A stretch of DNA of 64,000 nt from Nitrosopumilaceae archaeon (GTDB taxonomy: Archaea > Thermoproteota > Nitrososphaeria > Nitrososphaerales > Nitrosopumilaceae). Under the pieces are notes generated by a model, which was not told where the DNA came from, ran no database searches, and was given only the letters and a program-made list of their open reading frames with translations. The stretch's first letter is position 1, and each line of letters opens with the position of its first letter. The translations under genes and the position numbers were made by a program. The stretch spans positions 864,001 to 928,000 of the forward strand of contig OZ242365.1 of the NCBI GenBank assembly GCA_965208905.1, in the 5' to 3' direction. Below, piece by piece: positions 40,568 through 51,480 of the stretch.

Positions 40568-40675
40568 ATGGATACTGTCGAGGAGCAGCTAAAAGAGATA
40601 GCTAGAATAAATACCAAAATCGATCGTCTTAGGAGTGATCTGAGAGATTGGAGAGCAAGATTGGATAAACTCTAG
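40568..40675 (+). CDS. Possible 35-aa coiled-coil peptide
   Basis: MDTVEEQLKEIARINTKIDRLRSDLRDWRARLDKL, preceded by TTTAAATA box. Confidence 0.4.
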   Translation: MDTVEEQLKEIARINTKIDRLRSDLRDWRARLDKL

Positions 40676-40920
40676 TAAATATCATTCCTTGTTTTCAAAT
40701 TGTATATCTCCCGCTCAATCTTCTCGTCATCCTCATAGATGAGCGTTAACTTTTGTTCTAACTCTTTACACTCTAGTCCCAACTCATTATACCTCCTAAC
40801 CAACTCCTCACGTTCGTGTTGTTTCTTTTGTAGATCGGAGCGTCCTTTCTCAAGCTCGTTTTTCAGCTCACTATATTTTGCTTCTAGTTCCGTCAGTTCA
40901 TCCTTAACAGAGTTACCCAT
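40672..40920 (-). CDS. Small coiled-coil protein
   Basis: 82 aa, heptad pattern. Confidence 0.6.
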   Translation of the reverse strand: MGNSVKDELTELEAKYSELKNELEKGRSDLQKKQHEREELVRRYNELGLECKELEQKLTLIYEDDEKIEREIYNLKTRNDIY

Positions 40921-41079
40921 ACCGTAATATCAGTTGGTGTTCGTTAAATAGCTACAGGGTTTTAGCAGATGTTATGTCACCTATAATGCAACTCTATTAA
41001 TGTGAATCAACAAAAATTGATGATTTACTTATTATTTTTTAACTTTGTACATTATAACGTATTCTGTGATTACTAATAA

Positions 41080-42471
41080 ATGAAAATTGTAATAATGCTC
41101 TTACTATTAGTTGCGGTGGGAACAGCATATGATGCATATGCACAGACCAATTCAGAACGTATACGGACTATAGAGTCGACCACATCTGACATAAAGGATG
41201 CAGTCGACGGTATTGTTGAGACTCTATCCCCAATCGCTGATATGGTGGCAAAACTTGACAATGTACTTGTATCTACAGCAGCAATAAACTCAGATCTGTC
41301 TGAGGTAAAGTCAACCATATCTGGATTTAACACTGCATTGTTGGCCATACAGACTACTGCAGAATCCAACAGGAACCAGCTAAATGGCCTCACATCTCAG
41401 ATACTAGAGATGAATTCAAAGATTGACTCTATTCAAACTGTACTTGGCAGTGGAGGTAGCTCTGGCATTGAGCAACGTCTGGATCTATTAAAGACAACTG
41501 TAGATAACAACAATCTTGCTATCAGTACACGCCTGCAAGCGATAGAGACTAGCCTAGGCTCTCTGGGAACACAACTTCAAGAACCGGCACAAGTTTCTTC
41601 AGCCAACCTAGTTCGTAAGGTACTCAATCAGGATGTAAACAGCTATGACTACAAAGTTAGTGGCAACAAGAGAACCGTATCTGGAGATACAGTCTACTTT
41701 TTGGACATGACGTTTAGTTGTGATGGACCTGTAAGCATAGACAGTGTCAGCACTGATGTTCGCACACCACAAACTCCCATAATACCAACGAACAGTCCTA
41801 ACTCTAGTACTAAAGAGAACTATCTGAAGGTGGATAACAGGGACTTGTATAACAGCAGATTTGAGATATCCTCGGGTAGTTATAGTGTCTTTAATCATGA
41901 TGCTGAGTTTAACCTAAGGCACCTACTTGTTGGAAGCACACTGGACTTTTCCAGTAGACAAGTTGAAGATGGCACAAGGATAGCTGACTCTACACGATCA
42001 TCGTACTCATTTGAATATCAGATCACAGTGGAATATCTAGGAAGCCAGTCTGTCACCTGCACTTTGGATACTGGTCGTGGTACCAGCTCCAATCCAACAC
42101 TGACCAATAGCGACACACTTCTTTTGACTATAACTGCTGATACTACTAGCAGCATCATAAAGCCATTCAGACAGGTTATATCATGTAACAATGACCCAGT
42201 ACAGATAACTAACATAATCGGCAATGCAGTAGGCAGTGGATGGAGTCCAGACTTGGCGAGCTTTGCAAGCTTTGATTTACAATTCCCCAACGATGCTAGT
42301 TCTAATGTATCAATAGGATTTGATTCGGACGGCGCAATATCGCCTACTGAATACCCAATATCGTTTAGTAATAGCAACATGGAAGTTCGCGGCAGCATGC
42401 CGAATGTAAGTCAGCTGTTGGTGCAGATACAATACTCTACAGTAGCTGGCGGCTCTTGTACGGCCCAGTAG
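41080..42471 (+). CDS. Secreted protein, N-terminal coiled coil plus Ser/Thr-rich beta-like domains
   Basis: Signal peptide, heptads to ~aa 165, paired Cys. Confidence 0.75.
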   Translation: MKIVIMLLLLVAVGTAYDAYAQTNSERIRTIESTTSDIKDAVDGIVETLSPIADMVAKLDNVLVSTAAINSDLSEVKSTISGFNTALLAIQTTAESNRNQLNGLTSQILEMNSKIDSIQTVLGSGGSSGIEQRLDLLKTTVDNNNLAISTRLQAIETSLGSLGTQLQEPAQVSSANLVRKVLNQDVNSYDYKVSGNKRTVSGDTVYFLDMTFSCDGPVSIDSVSTDVRTPQTPIIPTNSPNSSTKENYLKVDNRDLYNSRFEISSGSYSVFNHDAEFNLRHLLVGSTLDFSSRQVEDGTRIADSTRSSYSFEYQITVEYLGSQSVTCTLDTGRGTSSNPTLTNSDTLLLTITADTTSSIIKPFRQVISCNNDPVQITNIIGNAVGSGWSPDLASFASFDLQFPNDASSNVSIGFDSDGAISPTEYPISFSNSNMEVRGSMPNVSQLLVQIQYSTVAGGSCTAQ

Positions 42472-42660
42472 AAAAACTCTTCTTTTTTTAATTTGTTTTC
42501 TATATTTAGTCTTTCTATATAAAATGAGGTACATACCCTAAACTGTCATGATGCCGTCTATACCAGTGATGCATCCTGCATGGAAAAAATTTTAGGTCTA
42601 TGGAGGTCTGCCAGACATACACAAGACCACTGTCAGCCTGCCACACGTTATTTAGTTCTG

Positions 42661-44304
42661 GGTTCCTCCCGCAAAGTCGGGTGATTACACCCCCGCCATG
42701 CGGGATAGTCTGTCGGCCCAGTTGCTCCAGCAACCCTGTATGAGTGGTGTGGGATCGAGTATTACATCCACACCACGACGGACTTCGCCCAGACTGGCCG
42801 AAACCTGACGACCATACCGGGATACGGCGCTTGTTCGCCGTATGTTCTCCACTGCATTGACGTCGCGATCTACGCCAACTGTACAACAGTGGGTGCAGTC
42901 TTTTTTATGATAAGTTCCAGTTAGTGGGGTTCTACATACAGCACATAGCTTGGATGTGTTGTGTGGGCGCATATGTAATGCCTCCACTCCCAAAAATTGG
43001 GACTTTTCATAAATTAAATTCGATGCTTTCCGCATCATGGCAGAATATAATCTGCGACGCATATTATGGAAATCCTCCAACATCACCAAGCACCCGGATT
43101 GTGCGGCCCACTGTGCTATACATAATGCATCCCAAACTTCCCATTCTTCTATCCAACATCACCAAGCACCCGGATTGTGCGGCCCACTGTGCTATACATA
43201 ATGCTATTACATTCAGCACGTTCGTGGCGGCGCACGGCTTTGGCCACCCTGCGTTTTTTATCATTCTTTTTTGACTTTGTGTGGTTATGCGGTATGCTCA
43301 ATATGCATCTGCTCATCTGCCTCTTTATTTCGGCGGCCTTCTTGTGTTTGCCCTCCCTCTTGAGTTTATTGTATCTGCGTTTGAGTTTGCTGTGTAACTT
43401 GTGACCACCATGTGTGACTTGTTGCCTTTCTCTGCGCTCCTCTTTTTTGTGTACAACGCGCCTTCCGGTACGTGCCGCATATGCGATATTATCATGTGTA
43501 CGTGTATACGTATTGTTTGCATCCGCAGTCTTTGCCTCCTCAATGGCCTGTATGGTATCGGATAGATCAAACCGTACCATCGTGTTTTTATCACCTACGG
43601 TGATGTTCTTTTCATTGATGTCTATGCCAATTACATCCCTTGGTGTACCGCCCACATACCCCACATCCGTAAGTAGTTCAATAATCTCTGACTTGCCGTG
43701 TGGGTGGGGGTTTTCAACCTTTGGTACTTTGTTGTAATATGTAATTGTATATGTGGTTGGCGTGATCCACAACTCACCTAGTTCATTTTGTCCTATTCTG
43801 CGTACCACATCTGAAGAGACGGGAATTGCTATCATGTGTCGGTGTTTTGATGAGCCAACATTTGCAACAGCCATATATCCACCCGCTATCGGATTCAGTC
43901 TCCAATCTTGGTTTTTCAACTTTACAACCGGATTACGAAATATAGGCTCAGACACCTTCATGCCCTGCGCAGTCTTTGTTTTGTGCGTTTTATAGGCGAC
44001 GACCCCGTCCCGTATGGCGGTCTGCGTTATAGATGAACGTACTTTGGGGTCAGGGCCGCGCATTGTACTATACATCAATGCATTAACACCATAGGTATCC
44101 TTTCCCGTATTATTCGCTATAATGTACGCCACCTCTGCCACCTTCCTGACATGTTCAAACACATGCCGCATACCCAAATTTTTTGTGAGTGGGCGCGTTA
44201 TAGCCCTGCTATTTTTTACTGATGCCACTACATAGTACGGTTCAATGGTGTATTTAACATCATCCAACACACAACAACCACCACCCGTCCTTGCGGGAGG
44301 AACC
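42661..44304 (-). mobile_element. Non-autonomous TIR element carrying disrupted tnpB, family A copy 4
   Basis: TIRs GGTTCCTCCCGCAAAGTCGGG / GGTTCCTCCCGCAAGGACGGG; TSD TAGTTCTG at 42653-42660 and 44305-44312. Confidence 0.95.
42685..44270 (-). pseudogene. tnpB: TnpB (lineage A) broken by a 2-bp deletion and an internal duplication/rearrangement
   Basis: Three partial ORFs; 53-bp direct repeat 43076-43128 / 43152-43204. Confidence 0.88.
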
Positions 44305-44318
44305 TAGTTCTGTATGTA

Positions 44319-47150
44319 TTATTGCTCATCGCTTGTATCTGCGGTATATCCTTCTATGAATATTGCAGGATGGTATGACCTGGCAAACTTTGCCTTTCTA
44401 CCAGGATCATTAGATGCATCAGTATCGTTTGTATATACGTGAACATCGCAATCAAACTCTGTCTTTATCATGTATCTCATTTCAGACGCTAAAATACCCT
44501 CTTCATCAAATGTACTGTTGTTCAATCGAGCCTTACGTATGTCTGCAGGTTCTGAGAGTATGTCTTTGAGATACTTTGCAATTTTGTTGGGATGTCTCCT
44601 CAGGTGTGTGGTCTTGGGATTTGATGATATATCACTCATTACATCTTTCATGTTGGTCTTGTCATTCTGTACACAGTTTAACACGGCTTGATATATGTCG
44701 GTGGATTTATCTACGTATAATCGAATAATACTGGGCTTTATACCAGACACCTTTACTATGTTTGTAGTGTCTTTCAGAATAGACTTCATGTACCACTCTG
44801 CGTGTATTGTGTCATGATACTTGTTGGTAGACTCTGGCCATGCCGCCATAGATATTATGTTATCGTGCCCCAAATCACTCCACATCTGCTCGGCAACATG
44901 GGGGGCAAACGGCGCAAGCAGTCGAGCCCTGACATCTAATATGTAATGTGTAATGCCTGGCGGCGCCCTCCGTCCCTTTGCCAAGAGACGTCGGCGGTAC
45001 CATTGCACATCTTGCTCTAATGTATACAATATGTCATGTAAGGCTTCACGTAACCTCATTATCTCCATATTATACGTGACACGATTGATTATCTGATCTA
45101 GTTTAGCATGAATCCATCTATCCTCATGTGTATCATAGTTTTGTAACCCTGTCTGCACACCTTGGCATTCTTGTATCATGCGCTTTAGGCGATCTCCTAT
45201 ATTTGTCACTGACTCAAGGTTGATGTCTGAATCCTGTAGTAGTTCGGCAGAGATAACTATTCCCAGACGTATGGGATCCGCACCATATCTTTTGATGGCG
45301 CTGCGCAGAGGCACTATGTTTCCCATACTCTTTGACATCTTTTTACCATTCATCAGTACAGAACCATTGACTACTATCTGATGCGGCCAATGTTCTTTGG
45401 GGAATAATGCAACATGATTCATAACAAAGAAAGTAAGGTGGTTTGGTACCAAGTCCCGGCCAGAGTGGCGCGTATCCACTGGATAGTAGTATAGAAATTC
45501 ACTGCGAATCTTCTCCATCTGAGATGTAACGTGGCTATGTCTTTTACCATAAAATACATAATTGAAAAAGTCTTGGTCCATCAAATCTGGTGTTATATCG
45601 CCACTATTCACAAACTTCATAATTATGTAGAATGCCATGTATATGGTAGAATCCGACAGACTCTCCACTATCCAGTCATCATCCCAGGGTAGATTGGTTC
45701 CCATGCCGTGTTGTCTGGCACAGGCCCTCTCCCGTAGCCAATCTACAACATTGTTAAACTCTCCTGATATCTCATCTGGAAGTATGCTCATCCCATTTAG
45801 ACACTCTTTTGTCTTCTGCTTCCATGTGTGCTCACCGTAATTTAGAAACCATTGATCTGTAAGCGTCTTTACAACACACACTGTACCACATCTACATCGC
45901 ACCTCCCCATTTAGCTCGCGAAATATCTCCGAGTTGTGTTCTCTCTGTATCCACTCACGAATGTCGTCTTTGCATTCGGATACTATGCGACCTGCAAATT
46001 TGCCACATATACCTAACAGTCTTCCTGTATAGAACTCTTTGTTGTATATCTCCGATGTGGCCTCCTCTAACTTTGTATCGTTTTGATCTCTTATCTCTAA
46101 CTTTTGACAGACTTCTCTGGCTGGCACATCCCCATAATCAGGAACCGCAATCACCGGTATGGGCGATATACTGTAATCCTCTGATATATCATGCAGTGCC
46201 ATATAATCAAAGGGCGCATGCGCAGGAACCGACATCACAAAACCGGTTCCAGTATCTGGTTTAGCGAACTGCGCCGGCAGTACGGGTATGTATACGCCCA
46301 ATGGAGTCTTGACTGTGTTACCTATTATGTTTGCGCCTGGCATACTACCAATCTTTTTTACATCACTTCCTTGAAACTGCAATTTGGTGGTGCACTCTTT
46401 GGATACAATCCATTTTTCATCATTGCGCAGTATTATGTCATATATGACATCTGGATTTACCCACAAGTTGGTCACACCAAATATGGTCTCGGGTCGTAGA
46501 GTTGCTGTTGGAATTATGTAATCTTTCCAGATGAATCGAGCCAGAACATACTCTATAAAGTCCGGCTCCACATCACCTAATGTATCGTGCTGTGAGACTG
46601 GATTTTGATCTTCGGGACACCATCCGACCGGATGTGACCCTTGTATTATCAAATTTTTATCTCGCAGTGATGATATCTGCCACTCTATGAACTTTTTATA
46701 TGCTTCATCTATGGTGGTGAACTCGCGGCGCCAGTCTATCGAATAACCCATCTCCATCATTCCAGTCTTTATCTCATCACGAAAGTAGTTGGCTATGTTT
46801 ATTGGTTTGACAAATCCTTCTATGATTTGCTCGGGCACACCAAATGTATCGCGTAACCCCACCAACAATTCACTATCTCTGTTTAATACGCGCTTTGCCA
46901 TGCCCAGTATGGGCGTCCCCGTATAATGAAATCCCATTGGAAATAGTACATTGTACCCCCGCATGCGCCAGAACCTGGCGTTGACATCTGCTAGCGTGTA
47001 AGTACGACCATGTCCTATATGTTGGGGTGAGTTGGGATATGGATAAGCTACGGTGATTGTCTTTTTTGGTCGGTGATCAGGTTCAGCATCAAATGTATGG
47101 TTGTCTGCCCATACGTGTTGCCAGCGACCTTCAATCTCTTGCCATGTCAT
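44319..47150 (-). CDS. leuS: Leucine--tRNA ligase
   Basis: YPYPNSPQHIGH, TLRPET, KMSKS. Confidence 0.95.
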   Translation of the reverse strand: MTWQEIEGRWQHVWADNHTFDAEPDHRPKKTITVAYPYPNSPQHIGHGRTYTLADVNARFWRMRGYNVLFPMGFHYTGTPILGMAKRVLNRDSELLVGLRDTFGVPEQIIEGFVKPINIANYFRDEIKTGMMEMGYSIDWRREFTTIDEAYKKFIEWQISSLRDKNLIIQGSHPVGWCPEDQNPVSQHDTLGDVEPDFIEYVLARFIWKDYIIPTATLRPETIFGVTNLWVNPDVIYDIILRNDEKWIVSKECTTKLQFQGSDVKKIGSMPGANIIGNTVKTPLGVYIPVLPAQFAKPDTGTGFVMSVPAHAPFDYMALHDISEDYSISPIPVIAVPDYGDVPAREVCQKLEIRDQNDTKLEEATSEIYNKEFYTGRLLGICGKFAGRIVSECKDDIREWIQREHNSEIFRELNGEVRCRCGTVCVVKTLTDQWFLNYGEHTWKQKTKECLNGMSILPDEISGEFNNVVDWLRERACARQHGMGTNLPWDDDWIVESLSDSTIYMAFYIIMKFVNSGDITPDLMDQDFFNYVFYGKRHSHVTSQMEKIRSEFLYYYPVDTRHSGRDLVPNHLTFFVMNHVALFPKEHWPHQIVVNGSVLMNGKKMSKSMGNIVPLRSAIKRYGADPIRLGIVISAELLQDSDINLESVTNIGDRLKRMIQECQGVQTGLQNYDTHEDRWIHAKLDQIINRVTYNMEIMRLREALHDILYTLEQDVQWYRRRLLAKGRRAPPGITHYILDVRARLLAPFAPHVAEQMWSDLGHDNIISMAAWPESTNKYHDTIHAEWYMKSILKDTTNIVKVSGIKPSIIRLYVDKSTDIYQAVLNCVQNDKTNMKDVMSDISSNPKTTHLRRHPNKIAKYLKDILSEPADIRKARLNNSTFDEEGILASEMRYMIKTEFDCDVHVYTNDTDASNDPGRKAKFARSYHPAIFIEGYTADTSDEQ

Positions 47151-49756
47151 GGTAATAACTCCGTCTTTATCCACGATATGGCTGTATCTATATGCTCGGC
47201 TCCCCTGCCGCCTCCCTGTGCAAATCTTTGGTCTCCAGACGCTCTCCCCTCTAGCATACTTGATGCTGTATTAGCTATATGGAGTGCATCGTGTGTAGAG
47301 TCACTGCCACTATACACCATTATACGTATGGCCGGACCACTCTGAAATATGCCACAGTATGTGGCCATACTGTGAGCCTTTACCAATCTTTTCCCCATAT
47401 TTACATGAAAGTATTCATCGTATCTGTCACCATATATGATACATACTCCCTTGTTGTATGATATATCCTGAGTGTGTAGTGATTCAGTTGGTATCTTTTC
47501 TACTAGTGCAGATATAATCTCTCGATACTCTTTGCGCTTATCTGTATGATCCTTCTTTACTGTAGTGCTGACTGATTTAATGGTGGATGTATTACCTGCT
47601 ACAAACTCTAACCGCACTACTCCATCCTGTATTCTTTTGGCGCGAATTATTCTTATGGCCTTGACTTGCGAGGTGCGTGCCACATGCGTACCTCCACAGG
47701 CCTCTATGTCTATATCTCCTATGGAGACTATTCTGACTTTGTCCACAGGTACGACGCCCCCCTGATATATGCGAAAGCCGTACTTCTCTTCTGCCTCTCC
47801 TCGGTCCATATACTGTATTGATATGGGTATGTCTTGTTGTACTATACGGTTGGCCATATCTTCAATATCTTGAATCTCCGTCTTTGTGAGCGCCGAGTGA
47901 TGTGTTATGTCTAGACGGGCTTTGCCTTGGTCCTTATGGGCTGAGTGCTGCCAGACCCATGATCCCAATGTTAATCGCGATGATGCATTAAGAATATGAG
48001 TTGCTGTGTGATTCTTTGTTATGTCTGTGCGCCTCTCTGTATCTATTATACACTGTACTGTATCTCCACTTTGAGGTGGTGTGTCGTTGGTATAGTGTAG
48101 TATGGCATTCCCATATCTTTGAACATCGGTTATCTTGCAGTCGTTTATGGTGCCAAAGTCCGGCTCTTGTCCGCCACCCCGGGGATAGAATGATGTCTTG
48201 TCGAGTATAATGGCATTATCTACTATCTTGAGTACCTTGGCGGTGAATTGATGTGGATCACTACTGTAGTATAGTGGATCTGTAGATGGTAGTGACCCCA
48301 AGTCGTGCTCCTCTTTTGCCTTCTTTTGTCTCTGGTGTAGCTCAGACAGTCTCTCGTAAAATTCACTGGGGATCTCCTTAATGGCTCCTGTCTCTTTTAG
48401 ATACTCGGGGGTTATCCCATCCGACTCGTATAATGTTAATAACTCCTGCACTGTGGGCGGAGCATCCTGCTTTTGTATATGGTTAGATATCCTTGCCATG
48501 CGGCTCTTTGAGGCGCTATATCTGCCCAGTTCTATCTCTAGTATAGTTTGTACTTCTGAGCGTTTTTCGTCAAGTTCTGGATATGTCCCAGATAGATAGT
48601 CTATATGATGCCGTACCATCTCTGCCAAGTCGTAACCTTCTAGAACCTTGGCTATGCGCCGTATCATCATTCTTAGGTTGTATCCGCCCCCTACATTGCT
48701 GGGGAGAGAGCCATCACATATGGCAAATATCAGGCTTCTGAGATGATCTGTAATCACATATATGGATTCTAGAGGCTCTATGATGCTCTTGTATCTGTCA
48801 TCGGATATGCCCGCCTGTGACGCTGCCTGGCGCCGGAGTATGTTTATGTCGGTGCGCTCTAGACCCTGCGCTATCATGGTATAGTATGACTTTAAAATCT
48901 CAGTATCCCTATCTATTCCCGCTGAATCGGTCATTATGTCTAGTATGGGCCCAAAACAACAATCGTATGCGGTGGGGGTCCCCATGGTAATCCATGAAAA
49001 TCTCTCAAGACCCGCACCCATGTCTATTATGCGATTGTCCAGCACGCTGTGATTGTCTAGTGTGCCTTGGAACTCTGTAAATACCGCGTTGCCCAACTCC
49101 AACCCTCTTACAAAATACTCTAGTGATGAGCCAAAGGATCCTCCCCCCACCCAGACATCTTCCACGAATACTATCTCGTGGGGATTTAGCCCAAATGTTC
49201 GAGTCAATAAATCATAGTCCAACTGTATGCACTTGTCTTTCCAATACCCACCCTCCATGTCTGGTACTGCATGCTGTCCTACCATGCAAAAACTAGAAAA
49301 GTGCCTTCCGCTCACACCGACATTCTCTATATCCTTGAATCGAAGGCATGTCTGGGGTACGATTAGTGGGTTGGCTGGAAACTGAAAGGTTACTCTGCCT
49401 CCTGCCACCCTTTGAAAGTCCACTATGGATGCTATTGTGTAGTATAGGTCAGGACGCCATCTACATACCACCGGATATCTGGGTATTGAAGTGTGATTAT
49501 TTGATACAAAGAACGACTCTATCTGCTTCCATGCCTGAGCGTAATCAAAACGTTTTGTCGTTGGGGGCTCCCCTATGAATGAATACGTATCCAGCCCATC
49601 ATCAGGACATCGGTCTCTGGATGAATCCATAGACCAAAAGAATCTACCACACACACTGCATGCCTTCCTCTCAAACCCCTTCTCTGCAAATAGATCAACT
49701 GTATAGTATCGGTCAGGCTTCGAAGAGAACTTTTTGAGTATTTGAGACTTGTTCAT
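47147..49756 (-). CDS. alaS: Alanine--tRNA ligase
   Basis: Archaeal-type N-terminus, DMGAGLER, HTATH and ACGGTH editing motifs. Confidence 0.95.
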   Translation of the reverse strand: MNKSQILKKFSSKPDRYYTVDLFAEKGFERKACSVCGRFFWSMDSSRDRCPDDGLDTYSFIGEPPTTKRFDYAQAWKQIESFFVSNNHTSIPRYPVVCRWRPDLYYTIASIVDFQRVAGGRVTFQFPANPLIVPQTCLRFKDIENVGVSGRHFSSFCMVGQHAVPDMEGGYWKDKCIQLDYDLLTRTFGLNPHEIVFVEDVWVGGGSFGSSLEYFVRGLELGNAVFTEFQGTLDNHSVLDNRIIDMGAGLERFSWITMGTPTAYDCCFGPILDIMTDSAGIDRDTEILKSYYTMIAQGLERTDINILRRQAASQAGISDDRYKSIIEPLESIYVITDHLRSLIFAICDGSLPSNVGGGYNLRMMIRRIAKVLEGYDLAEMVRHHIDYLSGTYPELDEKRSEVQTILEIELGRYSASKSRMARISNHIQKQDAPPTVQELLTLYESDGITPEYLKETGAIKEIPSEFYERLSELHQRQKKAKEEHDLGSLPSTDPLYYSSDPHQFTAKVLKIVDNAIILDKTSFYPRGGGQEPDFGTINDCKITDVQRYGNAILHYTNDTPPQSGDTVQCIIDTERRTDITKNHTATHILNASSRLTLGSWVWQHSAHKDQGKARLDITHHSALTKTEIQDIEDMANRIVQQDIPISIQYMDRGEAEEKYGFRIYQGGVVPVDKVRIVSIGDIDIEACGGTHVARTSQVKAIRIIRAKRIQDGVVRLEFVAGNTSTIKSVSTTVKKDHTDKRKEYREIISALVEKIPTESLHTQDISYNKGVCIIYGDRYDEYFHVNMGKRLVKAHSMATYCGIFQSGPAIRIMVYSGSDSTHDALHIANTASSMLEGRASGDQRFAQGGGRGAEHIDTAISWIKTELLP

Positions 49757-49844
49757 CGTATCAAACAGTATGCATCACATTATGAGTATTTGCCTATCTT
49801 TTTTGTGTTGATGTTCCATTATATAGTACATAGATGATTTGAAC

Positions 49845-51398
49845 GGGAATTATATGGAACAGTGAACATTGGATGCTCATTCAAGTATGGAAACATGTGG
49901 TACATGACCACATACAACTTTATATCTGAAATATCATAATATATCATGCAGACCAAGAAAAACATAATCTATAGAACCCACAAATACAGGTTAAAGACCA
50001 ACAGTAATATCACATCATATGTTGAAAACCTAGAGGCCGAAAACCGTATGTGGGTTGAACTTGGCGTTATGGCACGCAACCTAAACGTACCGTTCACGGC
50101 CGGCAGCAGTCCTGACCCATACCCCCGAAGTATACTGAGGTGCGTTACGGTTGCTAAAGATATGATGGCGGAATGGGAGAACGTCAGTCCTAAATCAATA
50201 TCCATGATTCGCGGCGCAATACTGGCAGGTATTGAGATGAAGGACTGCAAACATCTTAAGGACGGTAAAATCTATCCGATATTCTTTCTTGGTGCGCCAA
50301 AACAAATTAAACATAATATGATATGGTTTACGAAATCCAACGTGCAATTCAGTATAGTACGGGGACGACTGCCCGACGGTACAACAATAGCATCACACAA
50401 AATAGTTGACATAACGAATGATGCAGACCGTAGGCGCGGCCACCGCCAATTCGAACTACACCTAACTATACAAGAACGCATCCCGGATAGAAAGATAACC
50501 AGTCTGACCGCTGGCGTTGATATGGGTAAGTTAACAGCATACGTAGCCTTATCGGACGGCACTACCCGCGTTCTTAGATTATATGATACGGAGATAAACA
50601 AACACATCAGAAAACTTCAATCAGAACGTGACAGGTGCACACATAACAGCAACAAATGGAATAGGATAAACAATCGCATTAGGCGGCAACGCAAGGTATT
50701 GTACAACTGGCAACTAAACGAATATAGACACTTTTGTAAAAAACTGTGTGTGGATTGTGATTTGATAAAATTCGAGAATCTTAACCTGATAAATATAACC
50801 CGCAAGGGAGGTGGCAGGATAAAAGGTAAGAACCGCACACTAAAAGAGAGTAAGGCCGGTGAGGTCCGTGATTGGTGTGTCAAGAAAGCACCCGAATATA
50901 ACACGGAAATAAGAGAGGTTAGACCACATAACACATCCAAAAAATGCCATATATGTCAGAGTAAAAACACTGAACGTTATGGCGGTTTTAAGACATGGCA
51001 TAATGACAAAATCATATATGAAAATTGGAGCCATAACCGAAAGTTCAAATGTAAAAATTGTGGCAACCTCACACACGCCGACTATAATGGTGCTTTCAAC
51101 ATCATGTATGGTCACGATAATAATTATAACAATAATTACGATTACACAAAACCAAACTCGAGACGCGCCCAGAAGGCAAGTCGTTTGTGTATAAAGTCCG
51201 GGTCGGACTTGAGGGACAGGATAAATCTACGCAACCGCACGCCCCCACCGGTTGTAAATGACTGGCAGGTAGTAAAGACCGCACTTCCCAAAAGGGAGAG
51301 CGCGCCAACCAAACACACCCTGAATGGTGTTGACAACACTCAACACCAACGAAAATTATCTCTGAATGAACATGTGTTCACTTAAAGATGTAATTCCC
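49845..51398 (+). mobile_element. Non-autonomous TIR element carrying tnpB (TIR family GGGAATTA)
   Basis: TIRs GGGAATTATATGGAACAGTGAACA / GGGAATTACATCTTTAAGTGAACA; TSD ATTTGAAC at 49837-49844 and 51399-51406. Confidence 0.9.
49946..51385 (+). CDS. tnpB: TnpB-family nuclease (lineage 3)
   Basis: YRTHKYRL N-terminus, GVDMG, IKFENL, CHIC..CKNC, HADYNGAFNI; stop inside TIR. Confidence 0.9.
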   Translation: MQTKKNIIYRTHKYRLKTNSNITSYVENLEAENRMWVELGVMARNLNVPFTAGSSPDPYPRSILRCVTVAKDMMAEWENVSPKSISMIRGAILAGIEMKDCKHLKDGKIYPIFFLGAPKQIKHNMIWFTKSNVQFSIVRGRLPDGTTIASHKIVDITNDADRRRGHRQFELHLTIQERIPDRKITSLTAGVDMGKLTAYVALSDGTTRVLRLYDTEINKHIRKLQSERDRCTHNSNKWNRINNRIRRQRKVLYNWQLNEYRHFCKKLCVDCDLIKFENLNLINITRKGGGRIKGKNRTLKESKAGEVRDWCVKKAPEYNTEIREVRPHNTSKKCHICQSKNTERYGGFKTWHNDKIIYENWSHNRKFKCKNCGNLTHADYNGAFNIMYGHDNNYNNNYDYTKPNSRRAQKASRLCIKSGSDLRDRINLRNRTPPPVVNDWQVVKTALPKRESAPTKHTLNGVDNTQHQRKLSLNEHVFT

Positions 51399-51480
51399 AT
51401 TTGAACAGATTTTGGAGCAGCAAAAGTCTCATCTGAGATATACCCCACCGTTAATAAACAAGATGCACAACTGCTTTATC

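Noticed and set aside
591-49844. GATG upstream of the TSDs of the two GGGAATTA elements as a shared TAM
   Set aside because: Only two cases, offset by one base (GATGG vs AGATG), and the TnpBs are of different lineages.
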